This document shows positions 35,309 to 45,516 of a DNA stretch of 64,000 nt, one piece after another. The stretch is from assembly GCA_046598945.1 (NCBI GenBank), contig JBKJHT010000050.1, forward strand, positions 1,746 through 65,745. Reading direction: 5' to 3'. A program made the translations under genes and the position numbers. The notes beneath the pieces are model-generated. The model searched no databases. It was not told where the DNA came from and was given only the letters and a program-made list of their open reading frames with translations. The stretch is from Burkholderiales bacterium. GTDB taxonomy: Bacteria > Pseudomonadota > Gammaproteobacteria > Burkholderiales > JALYOK01. Numbering within the stretch: the first letter of the stretch is position 1; every line of letters begins with the position of its first letter.

Positions 35309-36361
35309 TTAATAGGAAAACGGGTAGAGCCGCCAATAGGTCTTGATTTTGCGCCAACGCGCGGCCATACCGTCGGGCTCAAATACCAGGAATAACACGA
35401 TAATCAGGCCGAAGACGCCCATCTTAATCGAAGCGAACAGTCCCACTAGGTCCGGATAATAGCCACTCAGCGCGGTAGTCGCCAGCCGTAGAACCTCCGG
35501 TAGACCCGTGATAAAAATCGCGCCGAGTATCGACCCCAAAATACTGCCCAAGCCGCCGATGATGATCATGGCTAAATAATCGATCGCGACGTTGATCGGA
35601 AAATTCTCCGGACTGATGATGTGGGCCTGGTAGGCCAGCAGCGATCCAGCAACGCCGACATAAAATGAACTCACACCAAACGCCAGCAACTTGTACTTGA
35701 AAATATTCACACCCATGACCTCGGCGGAAATGTCCTGATCGCGAATGGCGACGAAGGCTTTGCCGACTTTGGTGCGAAACAGGTTGGTGGCAAATAACGC
35801 GAAGGCAATCACCAGGACGTAAATCAAATAGAACAACGAGCGGTCTTTATCGAACGAAAAGCCGAACAATTCGGCGGAGGGAATACTTAGGCCGTTCACG
35901 CCGCCGGTGGCGGTCTCCCAATGGACGATGACAAACTCGATAATGAAATGTGCCGCCAAGGTCGCCATGGCCAGATACAAGCCGCGCAGCCGCAATGACG
36001 GAATGCCGAATATCATGCCGACGGCGGCGGTGATCAGGCCCGATAGCGGGATCGTAATGAGCAGTGGCAGTCCGGCATGGTTCGCCAACCAGCCCGTGCT
36101 ATATGCACCCACCGCCAGGAAGGCGGCATTGCCCATGGAAATTTGGCCCGTGTAGCCGGTCAAAATATTCAGCCCGATGGCGCCGATGATGGCAATGCCG
36201 ATGCGATTGACCACGTCCAGCCAATAGTTAGTGGAAACCAGCGGGAACAACATGAGTAAAACCAGAAAAATGACTAAGCAATAACGCGCAAAGTCAGTGT
36301 TGAACACCGCCATGTCGCTGGCATAGTTGGTTCGAAAATCACCGCATTTAATCATCAGCAT
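35309..36361 (-). CDS. branched-chain-amino-acid-type ABC transporter permease (LivM-like)
   Basis: 350 aa, multi-TM. ...GQISMGNAAFLAVGAY... Confidence 0.85.
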   Translation of the reverse strand: MLMIKCGDFRTNYASDMAVFNTDFARYCLVIFLVLLMLFPLVSTNYWLDVVNRIGIAIIGAIGLNILTGYTGQISMGNAAFLAVGAYSTGWLANHAGLPLLITIPLSGLITAAVGMIFGIPSLRLRGLYLAMATLAAHFIIEFVIVHWETATGGVNGLSIPSAELFGFSFDKDRSLFYLIYVLVIAFALFATNLFRTKVGKAFVAIRDQDISAEVMGVNIFKYKLLAFGVSSFYVGVAGSLLAYQAHIISPENFPINVAIDYLAMIIIGGLGSILGSILGAIFITGLPEVLRLATTALSGYYPDLVGLFASIKMGVFGLIIVLFLVFEPDGMAARWRKIKTYWRLYPFSY

Positions 36362-36475
36362 TTCTTACAAAAAATTTTATGGCATGGCTGGAAGCCGCTC
36401 CGGCATTGCCTCGCCGAGCATGCATCGCCAGGCGCCGCACCCATACTTGCTTCTGGCAAGGATCCCCTAAAACTT

Positions 36476-36565
36476 GTCATTGCGAGCCACGCGAAGCAAT
36501 TTCGTTTTTCTACGGCCAACAAAAAGCTAGATTGCCGCGTCGCCCTACGGGCTCCTCGCAATGAC
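36476..36565. repeat. REP/MITE-like palindromic element in the livH-livM spacer
   Basis: GTCATTGCGAG (36476-86) and CTCGCAATGAC (36555-65) flank partially complementary inner arms. Track ORFs 36355-36612 and 36379-36564 are artefacts of it. Confidence 0.65.
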
Positions 36566-36574
36566 AAGGCAAAA

Positions 36575-37468
36575 TTAAACACGATCGATATGCACCTTAC
36601 CAAACAAGCCATAGGGTTTAATCATCAGGATCAACACTAGAACGACAAACGGCGCCACTTCTTTCACGCCGCCGCCAAAAATCGGATCGAGATAACCACC
36701 GGCAAGATTCTCCAACACACCGACGATCAGCCCGCCGACAATGGCGCCAATAATGCTATCCAAACCGCCCAAAATCACCACCGGAATCACCTTTAAACCA
36801 ATGGCCGCCAGCGCCGCGTCCACGCCGCCGCGCACTCCACCGAGCAGAATTCCGCCGATGGCTGACACCACCGCGGCGATCGCCCAAGCGAGCGCAAACA
36901 TGCGTCGCACGGAAATACCCATGGACTGCGCCACTTGTTGCGAAAACGCTGTTGCGCGCATGGCAATGCCGGCACGCGAATATTTGAAGAACAGCGTAAA
37001 AAGCAGAAGCAAAATTGCAACGCAGACGACACTGTAAATGTAGCCTTGCGACACCGGTAGCGGGCCAATTTGAACCGGCGTCGACGGAAAAATTTCCGGG
37101 AAGGGGCGCGTATCGGTGCCCCAAATGCCTTGCACGACCGCCTTTAATATGCTGGATAAACCGAGCGTCACCATGATCACCGAAATCACCGGTTCGCCGA
37201 TCATCGGCCGCAAGATGAGCCGCTCGATCAGCATGCCAAGCGCGACGGAAAATAACAAGGTAACCACGACCGCCACCCAAAACGGCATGCTGGTCTGGCC
37301 GACCACTGCGAGGCTGATGTAGGCCCCCAACAGCAAAAATTCCCCTTGCGCGAAATTCACCACGCTGGTTGATTTAAAAATGATGACGAAACCGAGCGCC
37401 ACCAGGGCGTATACGCTACCCACCACCACGCCATTGATTACCAATTGCAGGAAGAAATTTATGTCCAT
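36575..37468 (-). CDS. branched-chain-amino-acid-type ABC transporter permease (LivH-like)
   Basis: 297 aa. ...VVNFAQGEFLLLGAY... Confidence 0.85.
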   Translation of the reverse strand: MDINFFLQLVINGVVVGSVYALVALGFVIIFKSTSVVNFAQGEFLLLGAYISLAVVGQTSMPFWVAVVVTLLFSVALGMLIERLILRPMIGEPVISVIMVTLGLSSILKAVVQGIWGTDTRPFPEIFPSTPVQIGPLPVSQGYIYSVVCVAILLLLFTLFFKYSRAGIAMRATAFSQQVAQSMGISVRRMFALAWAIAAVVSAIGGILLGGVRGGVDAALAAIGLKVIPVVILGGLDSIIGAIVGGLIVGVLENLAGGYLDPIFGGGVKEVAPFVVLVLILMIKPYGLFGKVHIDRV

Positions 37469-37471
37469 GGC

Positions 37472-39370
37472 CTACGTCAAATTCCGCAATAACAAGGTTG
37501 TTTGAAAGCGCGCGGTCTTTCCGTCTTGAAATTTGATAGTGGTATCGATCGGCACCTGCGTCCGCTCGCTGTAGAGCGCATCGATCACATCCTTGTAGCG
37601 ATCCTCAACGAAGGCGCGTCGAACTTTTCGCGTGCGCGTAAGCTCTTCGTCGTCAGCATCGAGTTCCTTGTACAGCAACACGAAGCGGCGCAGCTTCGCG
37701 GCCAGGGGCAAGGTCTCATTGACCTTCTCGACCTCTTGTTGCAGCAAACCGTAGACCGGCTCGCGCGCCGCCAGATCCGTATAAGTAGTGTAAGAAATTT
37801 TTTGATTTTCCGCCCACTTGCCGACAATGCTCATGTCGATGCAGATCATTGCGCTCAACTGGGGTCGGTCGTTACCGATCACCACGGCCTCTTTGATATA
37901 GGGCGAAAACTTCAATCGATTTTCGATGTATTGCGGTGAGAACTGCGTGCCATCCGCCAGTCGCATCACGTCTTTGATACGATCGATGACCACCAAATGA
38001 CCATCGTCCGTGAGATACCCCGCGTCGCCGGAATGTAACCAGCCATCGCGAATGGTTTGCGCCGTCGCCGCGTCGTTTTTGTAGTAGCCCGGCGTAATCG
38101 AGGCACTGCGAGAAAGAATTTCACCGTCCGCGGAAATCTTCACTTGTGTGCCGGGAATGGGTTTACCGACCGTATGAAACTGCACATCGCCATCGGGATG
38201 GATGCAGGAGATGCCACTGATTTCCGTCTGGCCGTAGATCTGTTTCAACGGCACGCCCAAGGCATGAAAAAACCGGAACACGTCGGGACCCAGCGCCGCG
38301 CCACCCGTTGAACAGGTACGCAGATTAGTTAACCCGAGACGATCTTTGAGCGGACGAAACAGCGCCCAATAACTAAATTTGTGCAGTAAAGCCAAGCCAA
38401 ACGGCAGCGGCTGTTTTTTGAATTTCAGATCGGCGATTTTATAGCCGATCGGCATCGCCCAGTTATACATAAAGCGTTTGAATGGTGTGGTGTCCATGAT
38501 CTTGACTTGCACCGTGGAACTCATATCCTCCCAAATGCGCGGCGGCGCAAACATGGTATGGGGACCAATCTCGCGGATATCTTCCATAACCGTGTTCGGG
38601 TCTTCCGGAAAATTAATGGTAAATCCGACCAGAAGACTATTGGTCACAGACACCATTTGTTCGCCAATCCACGCCAGTGGCAGGAATGAGACAAACTCGT
38701 CACTTGGCCATTTCGCATCGACAGCGTTGACGCTTTTCCCCATCACGATCAAATTGTCGTAAGTCAGTAAGGCGCCCTTGGGAAAGCCCGTTGTCCCCGA
38801 GGTGTAGCAAATAATCGCGGTATCGCCACCGTTTCCATTCGCGACGTTTTGTTCCCAGCGGCGCGGCTCAGATTGATTTAATGCCCTGCCCTGTTCTTCC
38901 ACCGCGGCGAAACTCACCAGGGTCGGATGATCGTATTTGCGCATGCCGCGCGGTTCGGTATAAATCACGTTCTTGAGCTTGGGCAGTTGATCGATCAGGT
39001 CGAGGATCTTATCGACTTGCTCCTGATCCTCAGCCACCACAAACTTCGCGTCGCAGTGATCGATCACGAACGCCACTTCGTTCAAATTCGAATCCTGGTA
39101 GATGCCCACGCTCGCGCCGCCCGCCCCTTGTGCAGCAAGCTCGGCACACACCCACTCCGCACGATTGTTGCCGATGATCGCCACCTTATCGCCGCGCTCG
39201 AACCCGAGGCTCACTAACCCGAGGGAAAAATCGCGCACCTTATCGTGATACTGTTGCCAACTGAGTGCCTGCCAGATGCCGAATTCCTTCTCGCGCAGCG
39301 CCGGCTTCGCGCCGAACTCGCGCGCATTTCGCGCAAGTAATTTTGGAAACGTGTCGAGGGCGTCGGTCAT
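37472..39370 (-). CDS. AMP-binding acyl-CoA synthetase (long-chain-fatty-acid-CoA ligase-like)
   Basis: 632 aa. AMP motif ICYTSGTTGFPKGALLTY, ...GWLHSGDAGYLTDDGHLVVIDRIKD... Confidence 0.85.
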   Translation of the reverse strand: MTDALDTFPKLLARNAREFGAKPALREKEFGIWQALSWQQYHDKVRDFSLGLVSLGFERGDKVAIIGNNRAEWVCAELAAQGAGGASVGIYQDSNLNEVAFVIDHCDAKFVVAEDQEQVDKILDLIDQLPKLKNVIYTEPRGMRKYDHPTLVSFAAVEEQGRALNQSEPRRWEQNVANGNGGDTAIICYTSGTTGFPKGALLTYDNLIVMGKSVNAVDAKWPSDEFVSFLPLAWIGEQMVSVTNSLLVGFTINFPEDPNTVMEDIREIGPHTMFAPPRIWEDMSSTVQVKIMDTTPFKRFMYNWAMPIGYKIADLKFKKQPLPFGLALLHKFSYWALFRPLKDRLGLTNLRTCSTGGAALGPDVFRFFHALGVPLKQIYGQTEISGISCIHPDGDVQFHTVGKPIPGTQVKISADGEILSRSASITPGYYKNDAATAQTIRDGWLHSGDAGYLTDDGHLVVIDRIKDVMRLADGTQFSPQYIENRLKFSPYIKEAVVIGNDRPQLSAMICIDMSIVGKWAENQKISYTTYTDLAAREPVYGLLQQEVEKVNETLPLAAKLRRFVLLYKELDADDEELTRTRKVRRAFVEDRYKDVIDALYSERTQVPIDTTIKFQDGKTARFQTTLLLRNLT

Positions 39371-40143
39371 TCGTCTTGTCCGAGATAGGCTTTTTGCACT
39401 TGGCTATCGCGCTGGACTTCGTCCGGTGTGCCATCCGCAATCTTCTGGCCGAAATTCAGTACCACCACGCGATTGGAAATATCCATCACTACACCCATAT
39501 CGTGTTCGATCATGACGATGGTCGTTCCGCGATCGTCGTTGATGTCGAGAACGAAGCGCGCCATATCTTCTTTTTCTTCGGCGTTCATGCCGGCCATGGG
39601 TTCGTCTAGCAACAATATTTTTGGTTCGAGCGCCAATGCTCGTGCGAGTTCCACACGCTTCTGCAAACCGTAGGCCAAGGTTCCGACGGTCTTTTTGCGT
39701 ATCGGTTCGATCTCGAGGAAATCAATAATGTCTTCCACATACTCGCGATGAATAACTTCTTCTTTTTGCCCGCTACCGTAATAAATGCCACCGGCAAGTA
39801 GGCCGGCTTTCTGATGGGTGTGGCGCCCGATCAACAAGTTATCCAGCACCGTCATGCCTTTGAACAGCGCGATATTCTGAAACGTTCGCGCCAGTCCCAG
39901 CCCGGTACGCGCATAGGGCGACAGCGTCGTAATGTCCTTGCCGTCGAGCGTGATGCGACCTTCTTGGGGACGGTAGACACCGCTGATACAATTCAGCATG
40001 CTGGTCTTGCCCGCACCATTCGGACCGATGATGGCGTGGATCGTGCCTTGCTCGACCTTAAAGCCCACACCCTTGATGGCCGTGACGCCGCCGAAGCGCA
40101 AGGTGATGTCCTTCACCTCGAGTTGCGCCACGCTCATTTCCAC
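39367..40143 (-). CDS. ABC transporter ATP-binding protein (LivG-like)
   Basis: Walker A GPNGAGKTS, LAYGLQKRVELARAL, LLLDEPMAGMN. Confidence 0.9.
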   Translation of the reverse strand: MEMSVAQLEVKDITLRFGGVTAIKGVGFKVEQGTIHAIIGPNGAGKTSMLNCISGVYRPQEGRITLDGKDITTLSPYARTGLGLARTFQNIALFKGMTVLDNLLIGRHTHQKAGLLAGGIYYGSGQKEEVIHREYVEDIIDFLEIEPIRKKTVGTLAYGLQKRVELARALALEPKILLLDEPMAGMNAEEKEDMARFVLDINDDRGTTIVMIEHDMGVVMDISNRVVVLNFGQKIADGTPDEVQRDSQVQKAYLGQDE

Positions 40144-41405
40144 ACTCTGCGGTCGTCGATCTTTTTCGCGCCTTGGGCGATGCTGTCAACGGCAACGATT
40201 TCCACTTCCGCGCGCACTTTCACTTGCGCTACTAATGCCGCAGCTAATTTTTCTGCGAGACCGTCGCTCGATGCTTCCTGCGCAAGCTCAATCACATAGC
40301 GCAACTGATCCTGATGCTGCTCGCGCGTGACGATGGCTTGATAGCGCGCGACTTCCGGAAACGTTTTCATCACGCCGTCGATCTGCGCGCCGCGGATGAA
40401 CATGCCCTTCACTTTCACCGCATCGCCGACGCGACCCAGCAGGCCATTCAGCTTCGGCGCGGTGCGCCCGCAGGGACAGGCCGCCGCCTCTTTCCAACTA
40501 CTAATATCGCCGGTGGCGAAGCGAATAAGTGGATAAGCCTGATCGAACAGCGTCGCAACGATTTCGCCCGGTTGGCCCGGCTCCGCCGGTTGTCCGCTTT
40601 CGATATCGATCAGTTCGACGATGCATTCGGGATGCAGATGAAGGCCGTCTTTTTCCGCGCATTCGTAAGCGATCAAGCCCAAGTCCGCCGTGCCGTAACC
40701 CTGCAACACACGAACACCAAAATCGCTTTCCAGTTCAGTGCGTAAGCTCGGCGGCAACATTTCGCCGGTGACAAACGCTACTTCGATTTTTAGCGGCGTA
40801 TTCAGTTCACGCGCCTTGCTCAGCAAGGTGTGAAGAAAACTCGGCGTGCCGGTGTAGCCCGTCACACCTAGGTCCGCCGCCATACGTACTTGCAACTCCG
40901 TTTGCCCGACACCCGCCGGAACGACCACGCAGCCCAGGCGCCGCAAGGCGCTGTCAAACATAAAGCCGGCCGGCGTCATGTGATAGGAAAAGGTGTTTTG
41001 CACCAAGTCGCCGGCGCGAAATCCCGCAGCGGCGAGCGCCGGTGCGAAGCGCCAAAAATCGGCGGTGTCGCCTTGCGGATCGTAAATATTTCCCGGCGAC
41101 ATGAAAATCCGCGCGAGTTTTTCCACCGAAGTTGCGTTCAATCCACCGAACGGCAGGTTCTCCGCTTGTAAGGCCGACAAACCATCCTTACGAATAATCG
41201 GTAACCGAAGTAAATCATTCGGGCTGCGAATGTCCACCGGTTTTACACCGGCAGAATCCAGTTGCATCCGTGTCCGCGGCGCGTGGGCGTAGGCGAGCCG
41301 AACGGTTTCGGCCAAGCGTCCACTCAAGAATGCCGCACGGGTTGCCGCGTTTTGGGTTTCCAGGGCGAGGTCAAAAATACGCGACGTGCGTAGTGGTTTT
41401 GTCAT
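40134..41405 (-). CDS. phenylacetate-CoA ligase family (PaaK/F390-synthetase-like) adenylate-forming enzyme
   Basis: 423 aa. ...FMSPGNIYDP..., YTGTPSFL, GYGTADLG, RFATGD: PaaK-type motifs. Confidence 0.75.
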   Translation of the reverse strand: MTKPLRTSRIFDLALETQNAATRAAFLSGRLAETVRLAYAHAPRTRMQLDSAGVKPVDIRSPNDLLRLPIIRKDGLSALQAENLPFGGLNATSVEKLARIFMSPGNIYDPQGDTADFWRFAPALAAAGFRAGDLVQNTFSYHMTPAGFMFDSALRRLGCVVVPAGVGQTELQVRMAADLGVTGYTGTPSFLHTLLSKARELNTPLKIEVAFVTGEMLPPSLRTELESDFGVRVLQGYGTADLGLIAYECAEKDGLHLHPECIVELIDIESGQPAEPGQPGEIVATLFDQAYPLIRFATGDISSWKEAAACPCGRTAPKLNGLLGRVGDAVKVKGMFIRGAQIDGVMKTFPEVARYQAIVTREQHQDQLRYVIELAQEASSDGLAEKLAAALVAQVKVRAEVEIVAVDSIAQGAKKIDDRRVWK

Positions 41406-41409
41406 GAAT

Positions 41410-42213
41410 TTACGAAAGCCATCTTTTACGCCGCTTGTAAAATTTCAAATTCTTGTAAGTCTTCTTCTCGCCTTCGACACCCGCGCCAAGATAGAAACGC
41501 TTCACGTCTTCATTGTTCCGAAGCTTGTCGGCATCGCCGTCCAATACGATGCGGCCATTCTCCATAATGTAGCCGTAGTCGGCAATCGACAGAGCAAGAT
41601 TGGCGTTTTGCTCAACCAATAGGATCGTGGTTTTTTCTTCTTGGTTAATCTTTTTGATAATGGCGAAAATCTCTTTCACCAATAACGGCGCGAGGCCGAG
41701 CGACGGCTCATCGAGCAAGATCAGTTTCGGCCGCGACATGATGGCGCGGCTGATGGCGAGCATTTGCTGTTCGCCGCCGGACAAATAACCGGCCAGTTGA
41801 TTGCGCCGTTCTTTCAGACGCGGAAAATAATCGAACACCAGATCGTGATCGCGCTTGAGTCCCGCGCGATCCGATCGGATATAGCCGCCCATTTGGATAT
41901 TTTCGTCGACAGTTAGGTCTTCAAAAACACGGCGACCTTCCATGACTTGAAACACACCGCGGCGAACAATTTGCTCCGCCTCCAATTTCTCCAGGCGCTC
42001 GCCGAGAAACTGAATATCGCCATCGGTGACTTCTCCCTCCTCCGTTTTCAGCAGGCCGGAGATTGCCTTGAGCGTGGTGCTTTTGCCAGCGCCGTTCGAG
42101 CCGAGTAAGGCGACGATCTTGCCCTGATCCACCGACAAGGACATGCCCTTCAAGACTAAAATCGCCTTGTCGTAAATCACCTCGATATTATTAACTCGTA
42201 GCATAACCCTCAA
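41410..42213 (-). CDS. ABC transporter ATP-binding protein (LivF-like)
   Basis: Walker A GSNGAGKSTT, LSGGEQQMLAISRAI, ILLDEPSLGLAP. Confidence 0.9.
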   Translation of the reverse strand: MRVMLRVNNIEVIYDKAILVLKGMSLSVDQGKIVALLGSNGAGKSTTLKAISGLLKTEEGEVTDGDIQFLGERLEKLEAEQIVRRGVFQVMEGRRVFEDLTVDENIQMGGYIRSDRAGLKRDHDLVFDYFPRLKERRNQLAGYLSGGEQQMLAISRAIMSRPKLILLDEPSLGLAPLLVKEIFAIIKKINQEEKTTILLVEQNANLALSIADYGYIMENGRIVLDGDADKLRNNEDVKRFYLGAGVEGEKKTYKNLKFYKRRKRWLS

Positions 42214-42275
42214 CGGCTGCGCACAAAAAGAAACTCCCTCGCGGTAACCCGGAAGGGAGTTTGTGTGAACTTACG

Positions 42276-43466
42276 TTACATGCCCAGCCACTCTTTTTTG
42301 CGCGGCAAGTCGTACTCTTTCACTTTTACCAGCTTACCGTTTTGCACAATATAAATCGGCGTGCGGGTGCTGGGGCGGTGGTCGGTGGTAGAGTAAGTAA
42401 GGTTAGCAGTTAGCCCGCCAATGCTAAAATTATTCATCGTTTCCATCGACGCCTTGATGCCCTCGCCGCTTAAATTGCCCACTTTGTCGGCGCGCCGGAT
42501 TGCCTCGACCCAAACCAGCGCCGTGGCCCAACCACGCACATAAATTGCGTCCAGGGAAGACTTAGGCGTTTTGCCTTTGTTGAAATCAAGAATCGCCTTC
42601 ATACCCGGAACATCGGTTCCGTAGGGAACATGGGCCATTACGCCGGTCACGCCTTCTGCCGTGGCGCGCGCCACCTCGGGCAGCTTCTCGCTAAAGCCAT
42701 AGGGATTGGAGCCGAATTTGATTTTTAAGCCGAGTTTCTGCGCGTCTTTCAAGATGATTGACGCGCCGGTGGTCGTGACATTGATATAGGCGTAGTCGGT
42801 GGTATTCTTCTGCATATTCAGTAGTTGGCTCGTGGCATCCTGAAAGTTGCCCGGCACCACTTCTTCATTCGCGACTTCGAGACCCAATTCCTGAGCATAG
42901 GCTTTGCCGGCGGCGAGCGGTGAGCGGCCATAGGGATTGTCGCCGAAAATAAAAGACACTCGCGCCTTGCGGCTGGTGTTTTTCCAATCTTCCTTCACCC
43001 AGGTCAACCAGGCGCGTAGTTGATCCGAATAACTCGGCGCAACAAAGAAGTTAAACGGTGTTTTGGTCGGGTCAGTCAAATGCGCGGAAAACGACGCGGA
43101 AAAATAAGGAATTTTGTCGTTGTTGACGAAATTCTTCAGCGCTTCCGTGTCGCCGGTTCCCCAGCCGCTAATCATCAGCACTTTTTCATCGCCCACCAGG
43201 CGCTTATAAGCTGCCACCGCTTCGGGAATTTTGTAACCGTAGTCGACGTCGATTAATTTGATTTTTTTGCCGTTGATGCCGCCACTTGAATTAATAAATT
43301 CGACGTAGTCACGCACACCCTGGGCATAAGGCTTGCCGACATCGGAGGTAATCCCGGTCAAATCAAAGATGCCACCCACTTTAATCTCCTGCGCTAGCGC
43401 GAGACCAAATCCCCCAAAGGCAATCAGCCCAAACAGGACGGCCTTGAGGCGAAGTAATGTAGTCAT
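42276..43466 (-). CDS. Leu/Ile/Val-binding-protein-type periplasmic substrate-binding protein
   Basis: 396 aa. Signal peptide. IKVGGIFDLTGITSDVGKPYAQG, typical type-I PBP. Confidence 0.85.
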   Translation of the reverse strand: MTTLLRLKAVLFGLIAFGGFGLALAQEIKVGGIFDLTGITSDVGKPYAQGVRDYVEFINSSGGINGKKIKLIDVDYGYKIPEAVAAYKRLVGDEKVLMISGWGTGDTEALKNFVNNDKIPYFSASFSAHLTDPTKTPFNFFVAPSYSDQLRAWLTWVKEDWKNTSRKARVSFIFGDNPYGRSPLAAGKAYAQELGLEVANEEVVPGNFQDATSQLLNMQKNTTDYAYINVTTTGASIILKDAQKLGLKIKFGSNPYGFSEKLPEVARATAEGVTGVMAHVPYGTDVPGMKAILDFNKGKTPKSSLDAIYVRGWATALVWVEAIRRADKVGNLSGEGIKASMETMNNFSIGGLTANLTYSTTDHRPSTRTPIYIVQNGKLVKVKEYDLPRKKEWLGM

Positions 43467-43610
43467 TGAAACTCTCCTAAATATTTATAGCGCTAGACAA
43501 CGGCTCGAAATACTAACAAGCCCCCACTGGGAAGTCAAAAGCGTAGTGCGTGCTACACTGCATTCAACGCCGCCAGCAGCAATATGGCATGACAGCAATG
43601 CATTTTTCCG

Positions 43611-44489
43611 ATGAAAAACCCCTTGAAATCTTCGCGCTCTGAATTTCCCTCGATCAATGGGCTGCGCTACCATGTTCGCGTATGGGGTGAGTCCAATCAG
43701 CCGAAATTATTCCTATTGCATGGCTGGATGGACATCGCCGCGTCGTTTCAATTTCTGGTCGATGCGCTGGAACAAGACTGGTGCGTCATTGCGCCGGACT
43801 GGCGCGGCTTCGGACTCTCAGAATGGAACAACAACCCGTACTATTTTCCCGACTATTTCGCCGACTTGGATCGGTTGCTCGACCATTACCAGGCGGGCGG
43901 CCCGGTCAACTTGGTCGGTCATAGCATGGGCGGCAACGTCGCGGGCCTGTACGCCGGCATTCGCCCGCCGCGCGTTGCCAAACTTGCGCTGCTGGAAGGC
44001 TTCGGCCTGAAACCGACAGAGCCCGGCCACGCCCCGACGCGCTTCGCCAAATGGCTCGATCAATTGAAGGAACCGCCGAGCTTTAAAACCTACCGCAACG
44101 TCGAGGAATTTGCGCGACGTTTACAGCAAAACAATTCGCGCCTGAGCCTTGAGCGTGCGCTGCACATCGCCCAACATTCCTGCAAGGAAACCGCACCCGG
44201 AATAGTTGAACTACTCAGCGATCCGGCGCACAAATTAACCAACCCGGTTTTATACCGATTGGATGAAGCCAAAGCTTGCTGGAATCAAGTGACCGCCCCG
44301 AGCCTGTGGATCACCGGCGCCGATTCCGAATTCATGCGCATGCAGGTCGCAAGCCCTGAAGACTACGCGTCGCGCAAGGCGTGCTTCAAACAATTGCACG
44401 AAGCGGTGATTCAAGATTGCGGCCACATGATGCACCACGATCAACCGCAGGTGCTCGCCAGCTTACTCGAAACCTTTTTTGCTGACTAA
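43611..44489 (+). CDS. alpha/beta-fold hydrolase
   Basis: 292 aa. HGWMD, nucleophile elbow GHSMGG, C-terminal DCGHMMHHD. Confidence 0.85.
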   Translation: MKNPLKSSRSEFPSINGLRYHVRVWGESNQPKLFLLHGWMDIAASFQFLVDALEQDWCVIAPDWRGFGLSEWNNNPYYFPDYFADLDRLLDHYQAGGPVNLVGHSMGGNVAGLYAGIRPPRVAKLALLEGFGLKPTEPGHAPTRFAKWLDQLKEPPSFKTYRNVEEFARRLQQNNSRLSLERALHIAQHSCKETAPGIVELLSDPAHKLTNPVLYRLDEAKACWNQVTAPSLWITGADSEFMRMQVASPEDYASRKACFKQLHEAVIQDCGHMMHHDQPQVLASLLETFFAD

Positions 44490-44639
44490 CGTAGCCGAAG
44501 AACCGCGCCCTGCTTGGCGCGCCCTAAGCCCCTCGGTCGTGGCGGCGCCATGGCTGGAAGCCGCATTTACAGGGGGCGGTGGCGAAGGCGTCGGAAGATC
44601 GTATTGGTGCACGTCATAATCACCCACCGGTAGAAACCA

Positions 44640-45433
44640 ATGACCACAGAAGAACAGCAACAAGCCGCCCGATTTATTGCCGAACATCGCCTCGGCAAAA
44701 TGCCCTTGCCGGCACTGGACGCCGCAATCAGGCCGCTCGATATCGACACCGGCTATGCCGTGCAAGCCATTGCCAATAGACAACTGTCTCGGGCTAATCT
44801 GGGCAAGGTGCTGGGACACAAAGTCGGCGCCACCAATCCGGTTCTGCAGCGACGTTTGAATATCGCCCATCCCGTAGCGGGACAAGTATTCGCAACGACT
44901 ATCCATCAGCGTAGCGCCGCCCTGCTTCATGGCGACTATGTGCAGCCCGGTGTCGAGTGCGAAGTGGTGGTGCATCTCGGGCGCGATCTGCCGCCGCGCG
45001 CCGGGACTTATTCGCGCGCCGAGATCGAAGCCGCTATCGCCTCTTGCGCTGCGGGCATGGAAATCATCGATGACCGCTACGTCGACGTGAAAACCCTGGG
45101 TGCGCCGACCTTGATCGCCGACAACGCGCTCGATGCGGGCGTGGTAATCGGCGCACCGGTCACCAATTGGCAAGCACTGAATCTACCCACCCTGGCCGCG
45201 GCAACGGCCATCAACGGCAACATTGTTGGGCGCGGAACCGGTGCCGACGTGATGGGTGACCCGATCAACGTTGTGGTCTGGCTCGCCAATGACTTATCGC
45301 GCCGCGGCCTGGGCCTTAAAGCGGGCGAATTCGTCTTCACTGGCGCATGGTCGATATCGTTTGGGTGCAGCCGGGCGATCATGTTGTCACTTCCGTTGCA
45401 GGATTGGGTTCGGTGGCGTGCGTGTTTCGCTAA
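44640..45433 (+). CDS. 2-keto-4-pentenoate hydratase-family protein with an apparent 1-nt frameshift near 45345
   Basis: Track ORF 44640-45530 is family-like up to ...GEFVFTGA. The expected C-terminus MVDIVWVQPGDHVVTSVAGLGSVACVFR* is in the +1 frame (45347-45433). Confidence 0.7.
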
Positions 45434-45516
45434 CGGGATTAATTGGGCACCGTCAAATGGTCAATTCCGAATAACATACAACGTGCGAAGATGTCATTTT
45501 CAAAGGGAGGAAAATA

